Origin: Halocafeteria seosinensis
Lineage: Eukaryota
NCBI GenBank assembly: GCA_001687465.1
Contig: LVLI01000221.1
Coordinates: 1-39,585 of the forward strand
Reading direction: 5' to 3'
DNA length: 39,585 nucleotides
The position numbers were made by a program, and so were the translations under genes. Positions 11,449-22,224 of this stretch are shown one piece after another. The notes under the pieces were generated by a model, which was not told the DNA's origin, did no database searches, and was given only the letters and a program-made list of their open reading frames with translations. Position 1 is the first letter of the stretch. Each line of letters starts with the position of its first letter.

Positions 11449-13858
11449 CTACAGATGCTTCAGTCTATATTCCGAACTGGGGTGCAAAGATTCCTTTACA
11501 ACGCTTGGGATGGGGTACTTTCTGTCGTAAATCTCACGCACGGAATGACCTAGCTGGTCAGGCGAGCTGAGGGCTGAGGTGAAGGATTTCACTAAACGAT
11601 CCCATCCTTGCTCGTAACGAGTAAGGTTGGCAACGCAAGAGGGATGTTTATCTCGCAAAACTTCGAATAAGTATTTGTAGTCCTGCTTAGATGATTCCTC
11701 CAACTTGTCCCACAAGTTCTTGACCTGCGTCAGAAACAACATAAAGAAGATGATTAACGCATTCCGCCCTCCAGTAGAGAAATACCATTCTAGAAAGATC
11801 GGCTTACTTGGGTCCGAGCAGTTGTCGCACCTAGTCGTGTCATAGCTTGTTGGGATTCAACCAGCCATTTGAATGGCTCCTCGTTTCCTTGCAAAACCCC
11901 TTTAACTTTATCTTTATTTCTTTCCCTGTCAAAAGCAAGACCGCTGCCTCGTATGCAAAAAAAAAACCAAAACGGTTCTCACTACTTACGCAAAGAGAAA
12001 AACGGCACATGGACTGTATCGTTTTCTCCAAGGGTCAAAAAACAAGTTTTCCAAGTGTTTTTGATACCCCTTGATTATCTTGTCCCGCTTTTCAAGATAC
12101 TTCATAGAAGCCTTTTGTGCCACAGACATTCTCGGGACAGAATCTTTCTCCTCCTTCTTAAATTCTTGAAGCTGGCTAGAATCCTTCGAACTATCATGCT
12201 TCTTACGTTTACGCTGTTGTCCTGCAGACGCCTTCTTCTGTCGCTTTTCCTTCTCTTTCGCTGCCATTGCCTTTTCATATCTAGCGAGCCACTGTAGCAG
12301 AAGCTTTCTTACACCATATCAAATAAGACAACCAGTTCAAGCATTTATTACACCATACCTCTGGACGGTCCTCTGGGCGGGGTGCTCGATAGTTCTCCAT
12401 TTCACGTTGAAATCGTTGCTTATCCTCCGCAGCCATATCAGCATAAGGCTGAGACAATTACCTCAGATAAAATACGAATGACTTGAGTACTGGGCGTCTC
12501 CACAGGCTTACCTTCTTCTGTTCTTCTGAGAGGGCATTCCACTCGTGTCCCAATCGTTTACTTATTTCAGATAGAGCCATCTGAACAGTAGTAAGTTTAC
12601 CGGGTACAAGCGGGGAACTTCCTCAACGGCTTTCGAGCTTACCTCAGGATGCAATTTACGAATTTGCTGTCGGCGTTCTTGACTGAAGAAGACGAAGGCG
12701 GTCATTGGTTTCTTCGGTGCGTTTGGATCATGAATTTTTCCAGATTCGTCCATCCACGGGTCCGGCTGCATGGGTTGATTGGTATAATTTGCAAGGCGTG
12801 ACTAACGCACAATCATACATACTGACACAAACTACTTACCCTGTAATTTTCCAGCTCTATCTCATATCGACGTCTATCCTCCGAAGCAAGATCTTCATAC
12901 TTCTGGGGATGCGTAAGGAGTTACAGTTCATACCATTTAGGATAGCTGTCTTACGGTTGGTTCACACAACCCTTACCTGTCGCCATTGCGGATCCATTTG
13001 CTTCCACGTTTCAGCAAGCGTTGAGGAGGTTGTGCTAAACAGAATTTTCCTATCGCGGTTTAAATGTGGATTCGAATCCAGTATCTGTTTTTGAACTTTC
13101 CCACGCATATCCTCCACAAAATAATTGTACGCAGATTTTGGTCGCTGCGGAGCGTTTGGATCCTGCGTAATAGAACCAGCCATTATTATTAGTTTATAAC
13201 AGCGCTCAACCGCGCACGTATACACGCGATAGTTAGTTCAGCGTAAACGCTGGCTTACCCTGGTACGCTTTCGCTTCGCGGTTCCCTTTTTAGCCGGTGT
13301 TGACGATGATCTCTTAGCAGGTGGAGAGACTTGTGAGTGCGCTGAACTTGCTGCAGACCTCGAATCCAAGAGCGGATCGCCAGATCTCGAATCCACTAGA
13401 GGATCACCAGCTGAGGCTTCTCGCATCCTCGTAAGAGTAGCTATTCCTTCTTCTTCATCGTCGTCATCGTCCTCGTCGTCGCTGCTATCATCTTCCTCAT
13501 CGTTTGCGCTCGATCCAGCTGAGGCCATTCTGAAGTGTTCGGGCTCGTTATGATCCCCTTCCTCAATCCTCCTTCTTTTCTGAGCTCCTTGTGACCTATT
13601 CGCTACCCCTTCGTCATCCGGGGCGCTCCGGAAAAGGGGATATGCTTCTTCCTCCTCCTCGTCCGAATTATCGCTGCCACTGCTGCTGTTGTTCTCTGCA
13701 TTCGCACCACTGCCATGACGAGGAGGGTGAGCACTGGACGCCGCAGAACTGGACGACGACGCTTGTAGATGGAATTGGTCACCCTGAGCATTGTATGCCT
13801 GGTGTTGTTGCTGTTGAGCAGCATGCGCTGCTTCCGCCACGGCAGCCAATGTATCCAT
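11449..13858 (-). CDS. HMG-box protein, about 608 aa: acidic/disordered N-terminus, two canonical and one degenerate HMG box; exons 13858-13259, 13162-12977, 12902-12840, 12765-12643, 12580-12512, 12448-12359, 12291-11990, 11925-11808, 11724-11449
   Basis: Box 1 reads DPNAPQRPKSAYNYF...LAETWKQM...KYEDLASEDRRRYEIELENY. Box 2 reads DPNAPKKPMTAFVFFSQERR...EISKRLGHEWNALSEEQKKPYADMAAEDKQRFQREMENY. All eight GT-AG introns preserve the frame. Confidence 0.92.
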
Positions 13859-15139
13859 CTTGGATCATTCACTCTTTCACAACCCCACCCAGCTGCGTTG
13901 CGATGTCGTAAGGTACGATTGTACTGTGCTGGACAGTCACTAGCAATCCTGGTGATGCATACACTATCTATACAGCATAACAAGGGGGCTGCTCCTGATT
14001 CCATCTTCAACTTGCAAGGCAAGGCAAGGGCCTCAAGGCACAACACAGATGGTGCAAAGTGCACAAGCATGTGGATCGCGACGGGTTCTGAAAAGACATG
14101 CTATCGAAGAACACAGCACGTGCCAGAGAAAATGCGTATTTTAGCTCAAGTGCACTAACCAAAAAAGCCTTGGCGTTCTGAAGCCACACAGGCAAAAATT
14201 CTTCGAGCCAAAAGCCCCCAGGGTGCAGACTCCACACTGGGTACGCTGTCTTCTGTCAAAATACATGGTTTTCTCATTGTAGCTAATGGGTTATTATTGC
14301 CCTTGCGGGAGGGATGAAGTACCCCACTGTCTCATTCTGGAACTGATGGCGGCACTCAAGGAGATGTTGTACCATTGGTATCAGTACCTACCTGGACTCT
14401 ACTATACTGGGCTCGATAAATACCATGGCACAGCGTGAATTTAGAAAGCATGCTCAGTTGGAAAATCTGGCTACCAACATAAAGCAAGTGAGTACAGGAA
14501 TCGACTTCTGGCCACATTGCATACTGTATCGCCACACAGGCCTCTCAGGATATAAGCGCCCAATCGGGAAATATCAAGGCTGGCGGACCAGAAAAGGGTC
14601 ATCAGTGAGTTGGAAGCGCGTATATTCGGTCTGGTATTTGCTCCTCCTTACTTCAGTTGCAAGCTTTGTAGTACCTCAGACCATCATTTGTTTTAGTTTG
14701 CAATCGATTCCCCTTGTGTACAAGTTCCGCCGTTATCAAAGTTCATAACTATCCACTAAAATGTCCGTACTAACACTAATATATATATACACACACTAAC
14801 ACACATCTCTGGGGGTGGTGCGCTCGGTCTTACGCGCCAAAACAGGAAACTCCGTGTGCTTTGAGAGTACAATTGCTCCAGAATACCGAATTGTATGTCC
14901 ATTTTGCAGCACGAGGACACCGATTACATAGTAGACTCCCTCTTGTATCATAAAATAAGTGGCTGCACGAATACAACATGGGACCATTTGGGGCAGCGCG
15001 CTCTGTCGACAGGAGCTGAAAGCGCCCTCCTCCGAGCAACGCAACGCCAACATAACACAACACAACGGGCTCGACAATCAAGCAGCATTGCCTCCATTCC
15101 AGTGCTACTACAAGTAGAAAGTGTGGATATCGTTGAATA

Positions 15140-18100
15140 ATGTCCCTGAAGGAGAGTGGCAGTGCCATAGAGGAGGAGACGCGGAGCGAGACCTCCTCCA
15201 TCGTCTATAATTATAACCTTGTGGAGCCGGATAAAAGGGGGATTATGCGCCGCGTTTTTAAACGATATGGAGGGGATGATACGGCAGAAACGAAGTCGCC
15301 TTTACGACAGACTAAAAGTCATGGAAACATGGATTTGCAAGGGAACAAGGTAGTGACAGAGATGTCGTTCCGGCAGTTTATGCAGCTACTGCAAGACATG
15401 GGAGTTGCAGACACACTAAAGGAGAAAAGCACCACCGTGACTCATGACGAGGCGCTAGAAAATCTACTGTTACTGTCAAAAGAAGTATTTAACACACTTC
15501 GGGTTACACACTTGGGGTTTGACGTCTTCCCTACGGCTTTATCCCTCGCCGCTACAGAGTTATTCCCGAATGCCAACGAAAAAGTAAGATCATAAATGTA
15601 GGTATATCAGAATTGAAGCTGTAATTTACTCCACTACCATACTGTTCTTGCAGGACGCCCGCCAAAAGTTTATGTGCCAGTATATACTGCCATTGGTGAG
15701 TGGCAGAGGGGACCGCTCACCCACGTCTAGCTATAGTGGTAGTTTTCCGGTTCACACTCCTCAAGATAATTTAGCTACGTCGATTGGACGACAGAAGGAC
15801 GATATCAAAGTAGAAGAAGTCGAAGAAACTGCTTTAGATGAAGAACGTACTTCAGCTTCGATACACTCCTCCCAGCAAGGAGAGCGAATGTCTCACCGCG
15901 TTCCTCCTTCGTCCGCGTTCTTGTCCCCGGAGAAACGTCAAAACAGCCCAATGATGTCCCCCGGTTCGCGGAGATTGATTAAAAACACGTCCTTAGCAGG
16001 TGAGACTCAGCATGAATCTGTTGAGCGCCTGTCCCGAAGAATCGGCAATCGCTTGTCCATACATAAACATGCGGCCCCTGCGCCATGGGCACATATTCGG
16101 CGCAGCCCTTCATCGCAAGCTCCAAACAACCAACGGCCAGCTGGGCATGCTTTATATGAAAATGCAACGAAACAACAAGCTAAGAAATATGCACGTATGC
16201 AGCGGGAACTAAATGAGGAAAAAGAAATGCGCAGCCAATCAAAAGTGTCGGCAGGTTCGAAGAAGTTCCTCAGACGGAGAATCGCGCGAGACTTTTGCGA
16301 ACAAATTGTAACACTGACTACAGGGGGGTCAACCGGGGATAGTCAAATGGAGGGGTTCAATGACCTAATCTCAGCCAGAAACTGGTGGCATGTTGTAATA
16401 AGCTTTGGCGACTTGTTGCTGCTTCTCTACCGTATAGGGTATGTCCAATCGGAATGGGATCAACTGTGCTCTGTCTTGCTAGACCTTGGAGGTGTTGCAC
16501 CGGAGAATCAGTCTGCCACAAGTGATGAGTCCACAAGCTCACAGGACATCAACAATTTGGACCAGATTCAGATCGACAGTGCCCTTCATCGGCAGAACAT
16601 ATCCGAGGAGTTGGAATCTACCTATCCCCGCACAGTTCTCGATGAAGCACGTGCTGTCAGTTCCGCCTGGTACCATTTGTTAAATTGGTATTCTAACAAA
16701 GATGAATCCTCCAAGTACGGAGAGGAAAGCACGTCGACGCTAATGATTTTGCGTCCAGAGCGACATTCAATCTTACGTACGAAAGTTGATGACGACAGCA
16801 GTGGTGCTGACGGACGCTGTATTGTGACTGTGCGGCTTGGGCGCATTGTGTCACTCTTTTCTCGCTTGCTTACGGGGCAAGACATTTCCTTTAGTCAACT
16901 CTTGGGAGAGTGGGAAGAGATTGGGAGGGAATGTGGATTGTTAGATAAGGAAATGGAAATTGATGCCAATGACCGTGTGATGCTGGCCGCACGCAATTTT
17001 ATTTTCGGGTTCGATTTTGACAACTTTTCAGATGAGACGCATCCAAGGTATACTCCAGAACAATTTGGTGCAAAGTGCCGTTGGCCGCAAAAAATTGTTG
17101 CCTCTCTGCACTCGCTATATCTGGCCCGAATGTATCGGGACATACGCCGAGGGAGGCCGCAGTTATCAAACGAGTCTTCAAACGATAATCCCCCTCTACG
17201 CATTTCCGTTAGTGCCGCTGCGAATAAGTTTAGAAACCTGCAAGATCACCGAAGGCGTATTCAAGACGAATTCCAAAGGGAACAGCAGCGTCGCCAGGAA
17301 GAAGAGCTTGCAGAATGTACGTTCCAGCCTCAATTGAATGCACGAGATAGCGAGAGCGTTGATGTCTCCGGGAGCAGGGAGCCGGTGTTTGAGCGTCTGT
17401 ATGCAAAGCCGAAAAACAAAGAGAAGGAAGGGAAGCCGATACCTGTGAAAAAACCCGAAGATGTGGAGAATGAAAGCCAATGTACGTTCCGTCCTCAATT
17501 AAACCATAAGTACGAAATGCCGAAAAGATCCAAGAAACCGAAGGGGTGGAAACAGCATCTAGAACGGCAGTACCAGGGCCGGAAAACCAAGCAAGATATG
17601 CAAATTGCTGAGGAAATAATGTCGCAGGGAAAGAATCCTGCGAGTCAAAAATACGTAGAGCCTCTGAATCCTTCGAAGACTCCGGATGATAGTACCGCCT
17701 CTCGTGCTATTTCAAGAGACACTATAGAGCGGTTGGCGTATTCGCGTGGAAGGGAATCGTCATCTCTGGCAAGCTCCCGACCGGCAGTCGAGCGATTCAT
17801 TTCTCCACGTAGCACAGGTAATAATGTTAACAGGGGGAACGTTTTCCCGCCGCGCTCTTCTGAGCGTTACGACAACTTTGCCTCTAAGCTCGCTGACCAG
17901 CTGATTTCCCCACCAAAGCCGTTGTCAAGTGCTATCTCAACCTTCTATCGGTCACTGGATTTTAGCAAATACAAAATTAATGATCAGGAACCCGGGGGTC
18001 TGGAGGACGGAAGTACAAGCAGCGACGGCGCTGATAATTACTGGCAAAGTGAACCTAGTGGAGGACATACCAAGGAGAACATCACAGAGAGCGAACCATT

Positions 18101-18281
18101 GGTCTTTATCGATATCGACATTGGCGGTGGGAAGACGGAGAGGATAAGTGTGTATGAAAACGTGAGTGCAGCCACCCTCGCCAGGGACTTTTGCGTGTCC
18201 CATGGCTTGGATCCCGACGTCTACGAGTATCGGTTGGCCACGCTGATTGCGGAACAACGACAACAAGCTCTGAACCAATAA
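15140..18281 (+). CDS. Large putative microtubule/cilium-associated protein, about 1023 aa, with an N-terminal p25alpha/EF-hand-like domain and CTFxPxLN repeats; exons 15140-15583, 15654-18281
   Basis: Phase-0 intron 15584-15653. N-terminal MSFRQFMQLLQDMGV...LGFDVFPTALSLAATELFP; internal ECTFQPQLN, VFERLY and QCTFRPQLN; C-terminal PLVFIDIDIGGGKTERISVY...LARDFCVSHGL domain. The function is inferred. Confidence 0.8.
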
Positions 18282-18655
18282 TTAGCCCACAACCTAGCAA
18301 GTTTGCTGGAAGGTTTGTTACGTAATTAATGTACACTGTACCTGCTGTACGATACGACACCCGGTCCCTTACGAGTTTCCAGTTCGAGACCATGGTTCAT
18401 GCCACTTTCTATAAACTCACAGTGTGCTTCCTGAAAAGAAGCAGAAATCAGTCCACCTCACCTAACTAAACCTCCCAAAGTGGTCTGTCTTGTCGGTGGG
18501 GTGTGGGGCTTGAGCCTCAAGGAGGTCTTCGTGTTCGATATTCGAAGTTTCCACTTAGAATTTAAGTGAGAAAGTTGTATGGCTTGTAAATTTCCAACAA
18601 ACACCGAGCCAGTTCTCAACAAGACACACATACATGCTTGCTAAACGTGGTAACA

Positions 18656-19234
18656 ATGCAGAGTAGCGATAATAGCTCTGCCATCCCTCGGGAGATCGAG
18701 GAACAAGTGCGTCAAGAGGGATGTGGCTTGACCTCATCCCAATCGACACAATGCAGGACAGTGAATGGCGAGACCAAGTGCCAGGAGGAAGTCAGCTACT
18801 ATAAGAGATGTCCTGGAAAGAAGCCGGAACTGGTATATCGCAATAAAACCGAGACAGAAGGAGCTCCTCAGGAAGAAATGGAAAGTTTCTTCCCCTCCTT
18901 GCCTTCTTCGTCGTCCATATTCGGGGGAGGAGGACGAGGACAAGAGAAGGAGGACTTTTTTGGACCCTTCTCAGATTTCTTCAAGTCATTTGAGAGAGCG
19001 TTCTCTGGAAGAGAGTTTGACGAAGAAGGCCGAAGGGGATTCCCCTTCCCGGGACGAAGTCATAGGGGAGCTCTACCAGGACCTGGCTCGAAAACAGACG
19101 CGATGAGTCCCGAGAAAGCTGATGCTAATGCCCCGAACGCAGCACCGGCCCCATGGGTGAATGAAACGGACCCTCACCGGCGCATCGATGAAGCCAGAAA
19201 ACAAGCTTCCAAGCATGGCGGCACTTACGTATGA
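18656..19234 (+). CDS. Small protein, about 192 aa, with a four-Cys N-terminal motif resembling Mal d 1/Fra a 1-associated protein
   Basis: Intronless ORF with C..SSQSTQCRTVNGETKCQEEVSYYKRCPGKKPELV followed by an F/G/D-rich segment. Family resemblance is from memory of the plant proteins. Confidence 0.6.
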   Translation: MQSSDNSSAIPREIEEQVRQEGCGLTSSQSTQCRTVNGETKCQEEVSYYKRCPGKKPELVYRNKTETEGAPQEEMESFFPSLPSSSSIFGGGGRGQEKEDFFGPFSDFFKSFERAFSGREFDEEGRRGFPFPGRSHRGALPGPGSKTDAMSPEKADANAPNAAPAPWVNETDPHRRIDEARKQASKHGGTYV

Positions 19235-20186
19235 AGGACTAGCCGCCCTAAGTCAAGTAGGATTGCGGACCCAGCGCGTTACCAATCAAAGAGCCGTCAA
19301 CGAGAGAAAATGACCTGGATTGATCCCAATAATTGCGTCTTTACCGATGCTGCAAGCAATCCCAAACGTGACTACTTAGTCCCCTCAAAGAGATGCTCCT
19401 CCTCTCCCAATTCACGTCCGTGTCGTGCTCTTGGCTTTACCCAACTCTTTTTACCAAATGTATCGCATGCCACTGGAGACGACAAAGGGTATTAAGTACA
19501 CCAACGAGACCGTGGAGTACAACACTTGTTAGGTCGCATGTAACGGTTGAGTGTATTCACAAACATATACTAGGTACTGGGTACTACCAACTATACGGTG
19601 CAACGTACGAGCATCTTTCACCCACCCATATGTGCTTCCTGCTTCGTCCCCTCGTTACTGGCGGTTTCAGTCTTCCACTCAACCCTCTGAGTTGTAATCG
19701 GTAAGTCCCCGTCCACAAGCACTTGAAGTCTTGAACTTCCCGGGAGTGATGATCAGTGATCCCGGGAGCCGGAAGACACAATTTCGGTGCTTAACAGCAT
19801 GTTAATAACAGGCGTTACTGACAGCGAAACGATCGATTGTTGTCAAAACTTTGGTGTGTGGATCATACTGATTGCAGAATGTGTATACATCAAATTCACA
19901 GGACGACGGGAATCTAAGTTCGGGTTTGGTCTTCTTAAACCACCCAAGAACGCAGCAGCTGAACAGCATTTTCGTCGCCTCTTGCTCGTCCTGGCAAACG
20001 GCACTTTCCACAGAAATTCGACAAGGAGACGCCGGAATCGACTGCGTCTCGAAATATTTTCATTCAGTGCTGTATTCATTTTTATTTTATGAGTTGAAGC
20101 CCGCAGCACCAAGTGCGGGGTGCAGGCAGTGTTCAGTGTTGTTCCGGTGGCAAGGTTACACCATCTGTTTTAACGGAGCAAACGAA

Positions 20187-21019
20187 ATGAGCGGGATGAC
20201 CAGCGAAAGTAGTGAAAATGCTCAGAGCACAAATAAATCAGCCCGGTCCCGCGAGCAGACGCGATCGCCGTCTGCCACGAGCATTCCGACTGTGGATACC
20301 ACTGGGTCCGCAGTTGACGGTCTGAAAGAAGAGGTCGAAGATTCCTCAAATAAACACAAACAAGTCTTAGCGGAGGAGGAAGGAGAGGATGAGGAGACCC
20401 ATCCGCAGACTAATGGGGCAGGAGTTGGAGTGGGGTTGATAAGAGGCATCTTCATTGTGTTTATAATTTTCTCAATTGCTATTGCGTCGTCATGGATTGC
20501 TTTGTTCGAGTCCAACTTGAGTGACGAACCTTCAGGTACCGTACATTCGTGGCCCCACATTTCGTGGGATAGACGTGAAACCAACACCGTGCTTCGGCGA
20601 TGTCGAACCTCCCCAGAGACGCAGAGAGTGTCAGCTACTGGCTCGAATGTTAGTGATGCATCATTGCAGAAGAACGATTCGGCATTCCCGAGAATTGGAA
20701 GAGGGTGCAGCTACCTGCGGCCAAGGTGGTATACTTTGTTTATTCTTTCTGCAACGGGCGACAGTTATGATAATATTACCTGTCCGAATCAAGAGTTCTC
20801 ATTCCCGAGACTTGGAAGAGGGTACACCAACCTGTGACCGAGCTGGAGAACTTTGTTTATTCTTTCTGCAACGGGCGACAGTTATGATGATATTACCTAT
20901 CCGAATCAAGAGCTCGCATTTCCGAGCTGGAAGACTTTGTTTATTCTTTCTGCAACGGTGACAGTTATGATGATATTACCTATCCGAATCAAGAGCTCGC
21001 ATTTCCGAGCTGGAAGACT
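20187..21019 (+). pseudogene. Type II membrane protein-like gene ending in tandem repeats, disrupted by a premature TGA (20835-20837) and a later frameshift
   Basis: Acidic N-terminal tail, one TM helix (LIRGIFIVFIIFSIAIASSWIALF), then 39-aa repeats. The stop sits at a position that is CGG in the preceding repeat, and the repeat peptide continues in frame after it. Confidence 0.5.
20683..21019. repeat. Tandem repeat array with units of 117, 117 and 83 nt plus a partial fourth
   Basis: Unit starts at 20683, 20800, 20917 and 21000. Shared core ACTTTGTTTATTCTTTCTGCAACGG...GACAGTTATGAT.ATATTACCT.TCCGAATCAAGAG. Confidence 0.95.
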
Positions 21020-21349
21020 GAGTTCTGCAATAAGGGATAGTTACTTTTTGGGAAGTTCCAAAAGGCTTAAACAGTGATTGACAGGGATATAAACCCTACA
21101 CTGTACCAGTTCAAAAAATCCTGCAAATTGCTGTTGAAGGCTACGAGTAACTCATCATGCGTTTTAAAATGCTTATCTTGGCACGTTTGTCTAGTTTGTT
21201 GGTAACGGGGGCGCATGTTTACTATAGGCCTATACAGTTGCATGTCTGTAACCAAAATTTCCGGGATACGTGTCTCCATCTTGTCTGGTGCTCGTGATTC
21301 CTGGGTTTCACCTCGTCTTACATCTTCGCGGGTCTCCATGGACTTTATT

Positions 21350-21900
21350 TTGTGCAATCCTGTTCGATCCGCTTTTGCACATGACACAACATGGTGTCTC
21401 CACGGGATAGCTTCGGGGTCTGATAGACATCTGTCTGTCGAACTGCCGACGAAACTTAAGAACCAATCCAACAGCCGACGGGTCAGGCCACCAATTATCC
21501 CCATCTGGGCGGCGAGCAGTCTCTCCGTATTACCATAAAAGGGACGTACAGAGGTGTCTATCCCTCTCCATTTGAGTTATTCTGCCCAGCACTCCCCTCT
21601 CAAATGCTCCGTCAGTTGCTTAACGCTGACAGGTTTTGATCCCTCTCAGGGCACACCCCAAGGTTCCCATGTACTCTCGGAACCTCGTTAGTGACGACGG
21701 TGTGCCCAATAGACTTGCACATGGCGGTGGCTAGCTGCAAAGTGTTGTGGTACGTTGTACCTTCACCGTGATACATGTACAGTAGGTATGTGCCGTAACG
21801 CCAAGATCTGTAGTGTATGTACCCTCTTGCCCCCAGAACCTCAAACTTATTAAACTTCTGGAAAGAGAGTTTCATTCCTTCTCGTCCATAATATGGTTGA
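21350..21900 (-). mobile_element. Decayed 3' fragment of an RLE-type non-LTR retrotransposon (CRE/R2-like)
   Basis: Motifs appear in the expected order across stops and frameshifts: YGTYLL(TC) (Zn-knuckle end), GTTYHNTLQ (RHN-like), CKSIGHTVVTNEVP (conserved E), RGECW...GIDTSVRP (PD..D-like), GIIGGLTRRLLDW (G..G motif). Confidence 0.5.
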
Positions 21901-22224
21901 AGTCATGTGTGCGTGTATATTCGTTCGAGGAGGTCTTTGTACTTGAAGTCAGTTCATCGCGGGTCTGTGAAAGTTCCCGCCCACTGGCCCAGCTGCACGA
22001 GCATTCATGCATGCATCAAACCAGTACGTGCCAGGTACGAAGGATTGATCGGCACATCCTACTATAAGGACGGCGGTGATATATATTTTATTTTTTATTT
22101 TATGTCTGCTGGCATATCATCACGCTCAGTCTTTGGTTGTAGAGTATCTACAGTATCTATCTATCTGGTTGTGAAGAAGTCAGAAAAAGGGCATCCATCG
22201 ATCGATCTTTTTAGAGGTGGTATT

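Noticed and set aside
19872..20186. N-terminal 105 codons of the 321-aa ORF
   Set aside because: Begins at a non-ATG codon and has non-coding-like composition; ATG 20187 is the more plausible start.
20683..21019. CRISPR-like repeat array
   Set aside because: Whole units are repeated with no unique spacers, no cas genes are present, and the context is eukaryotic.
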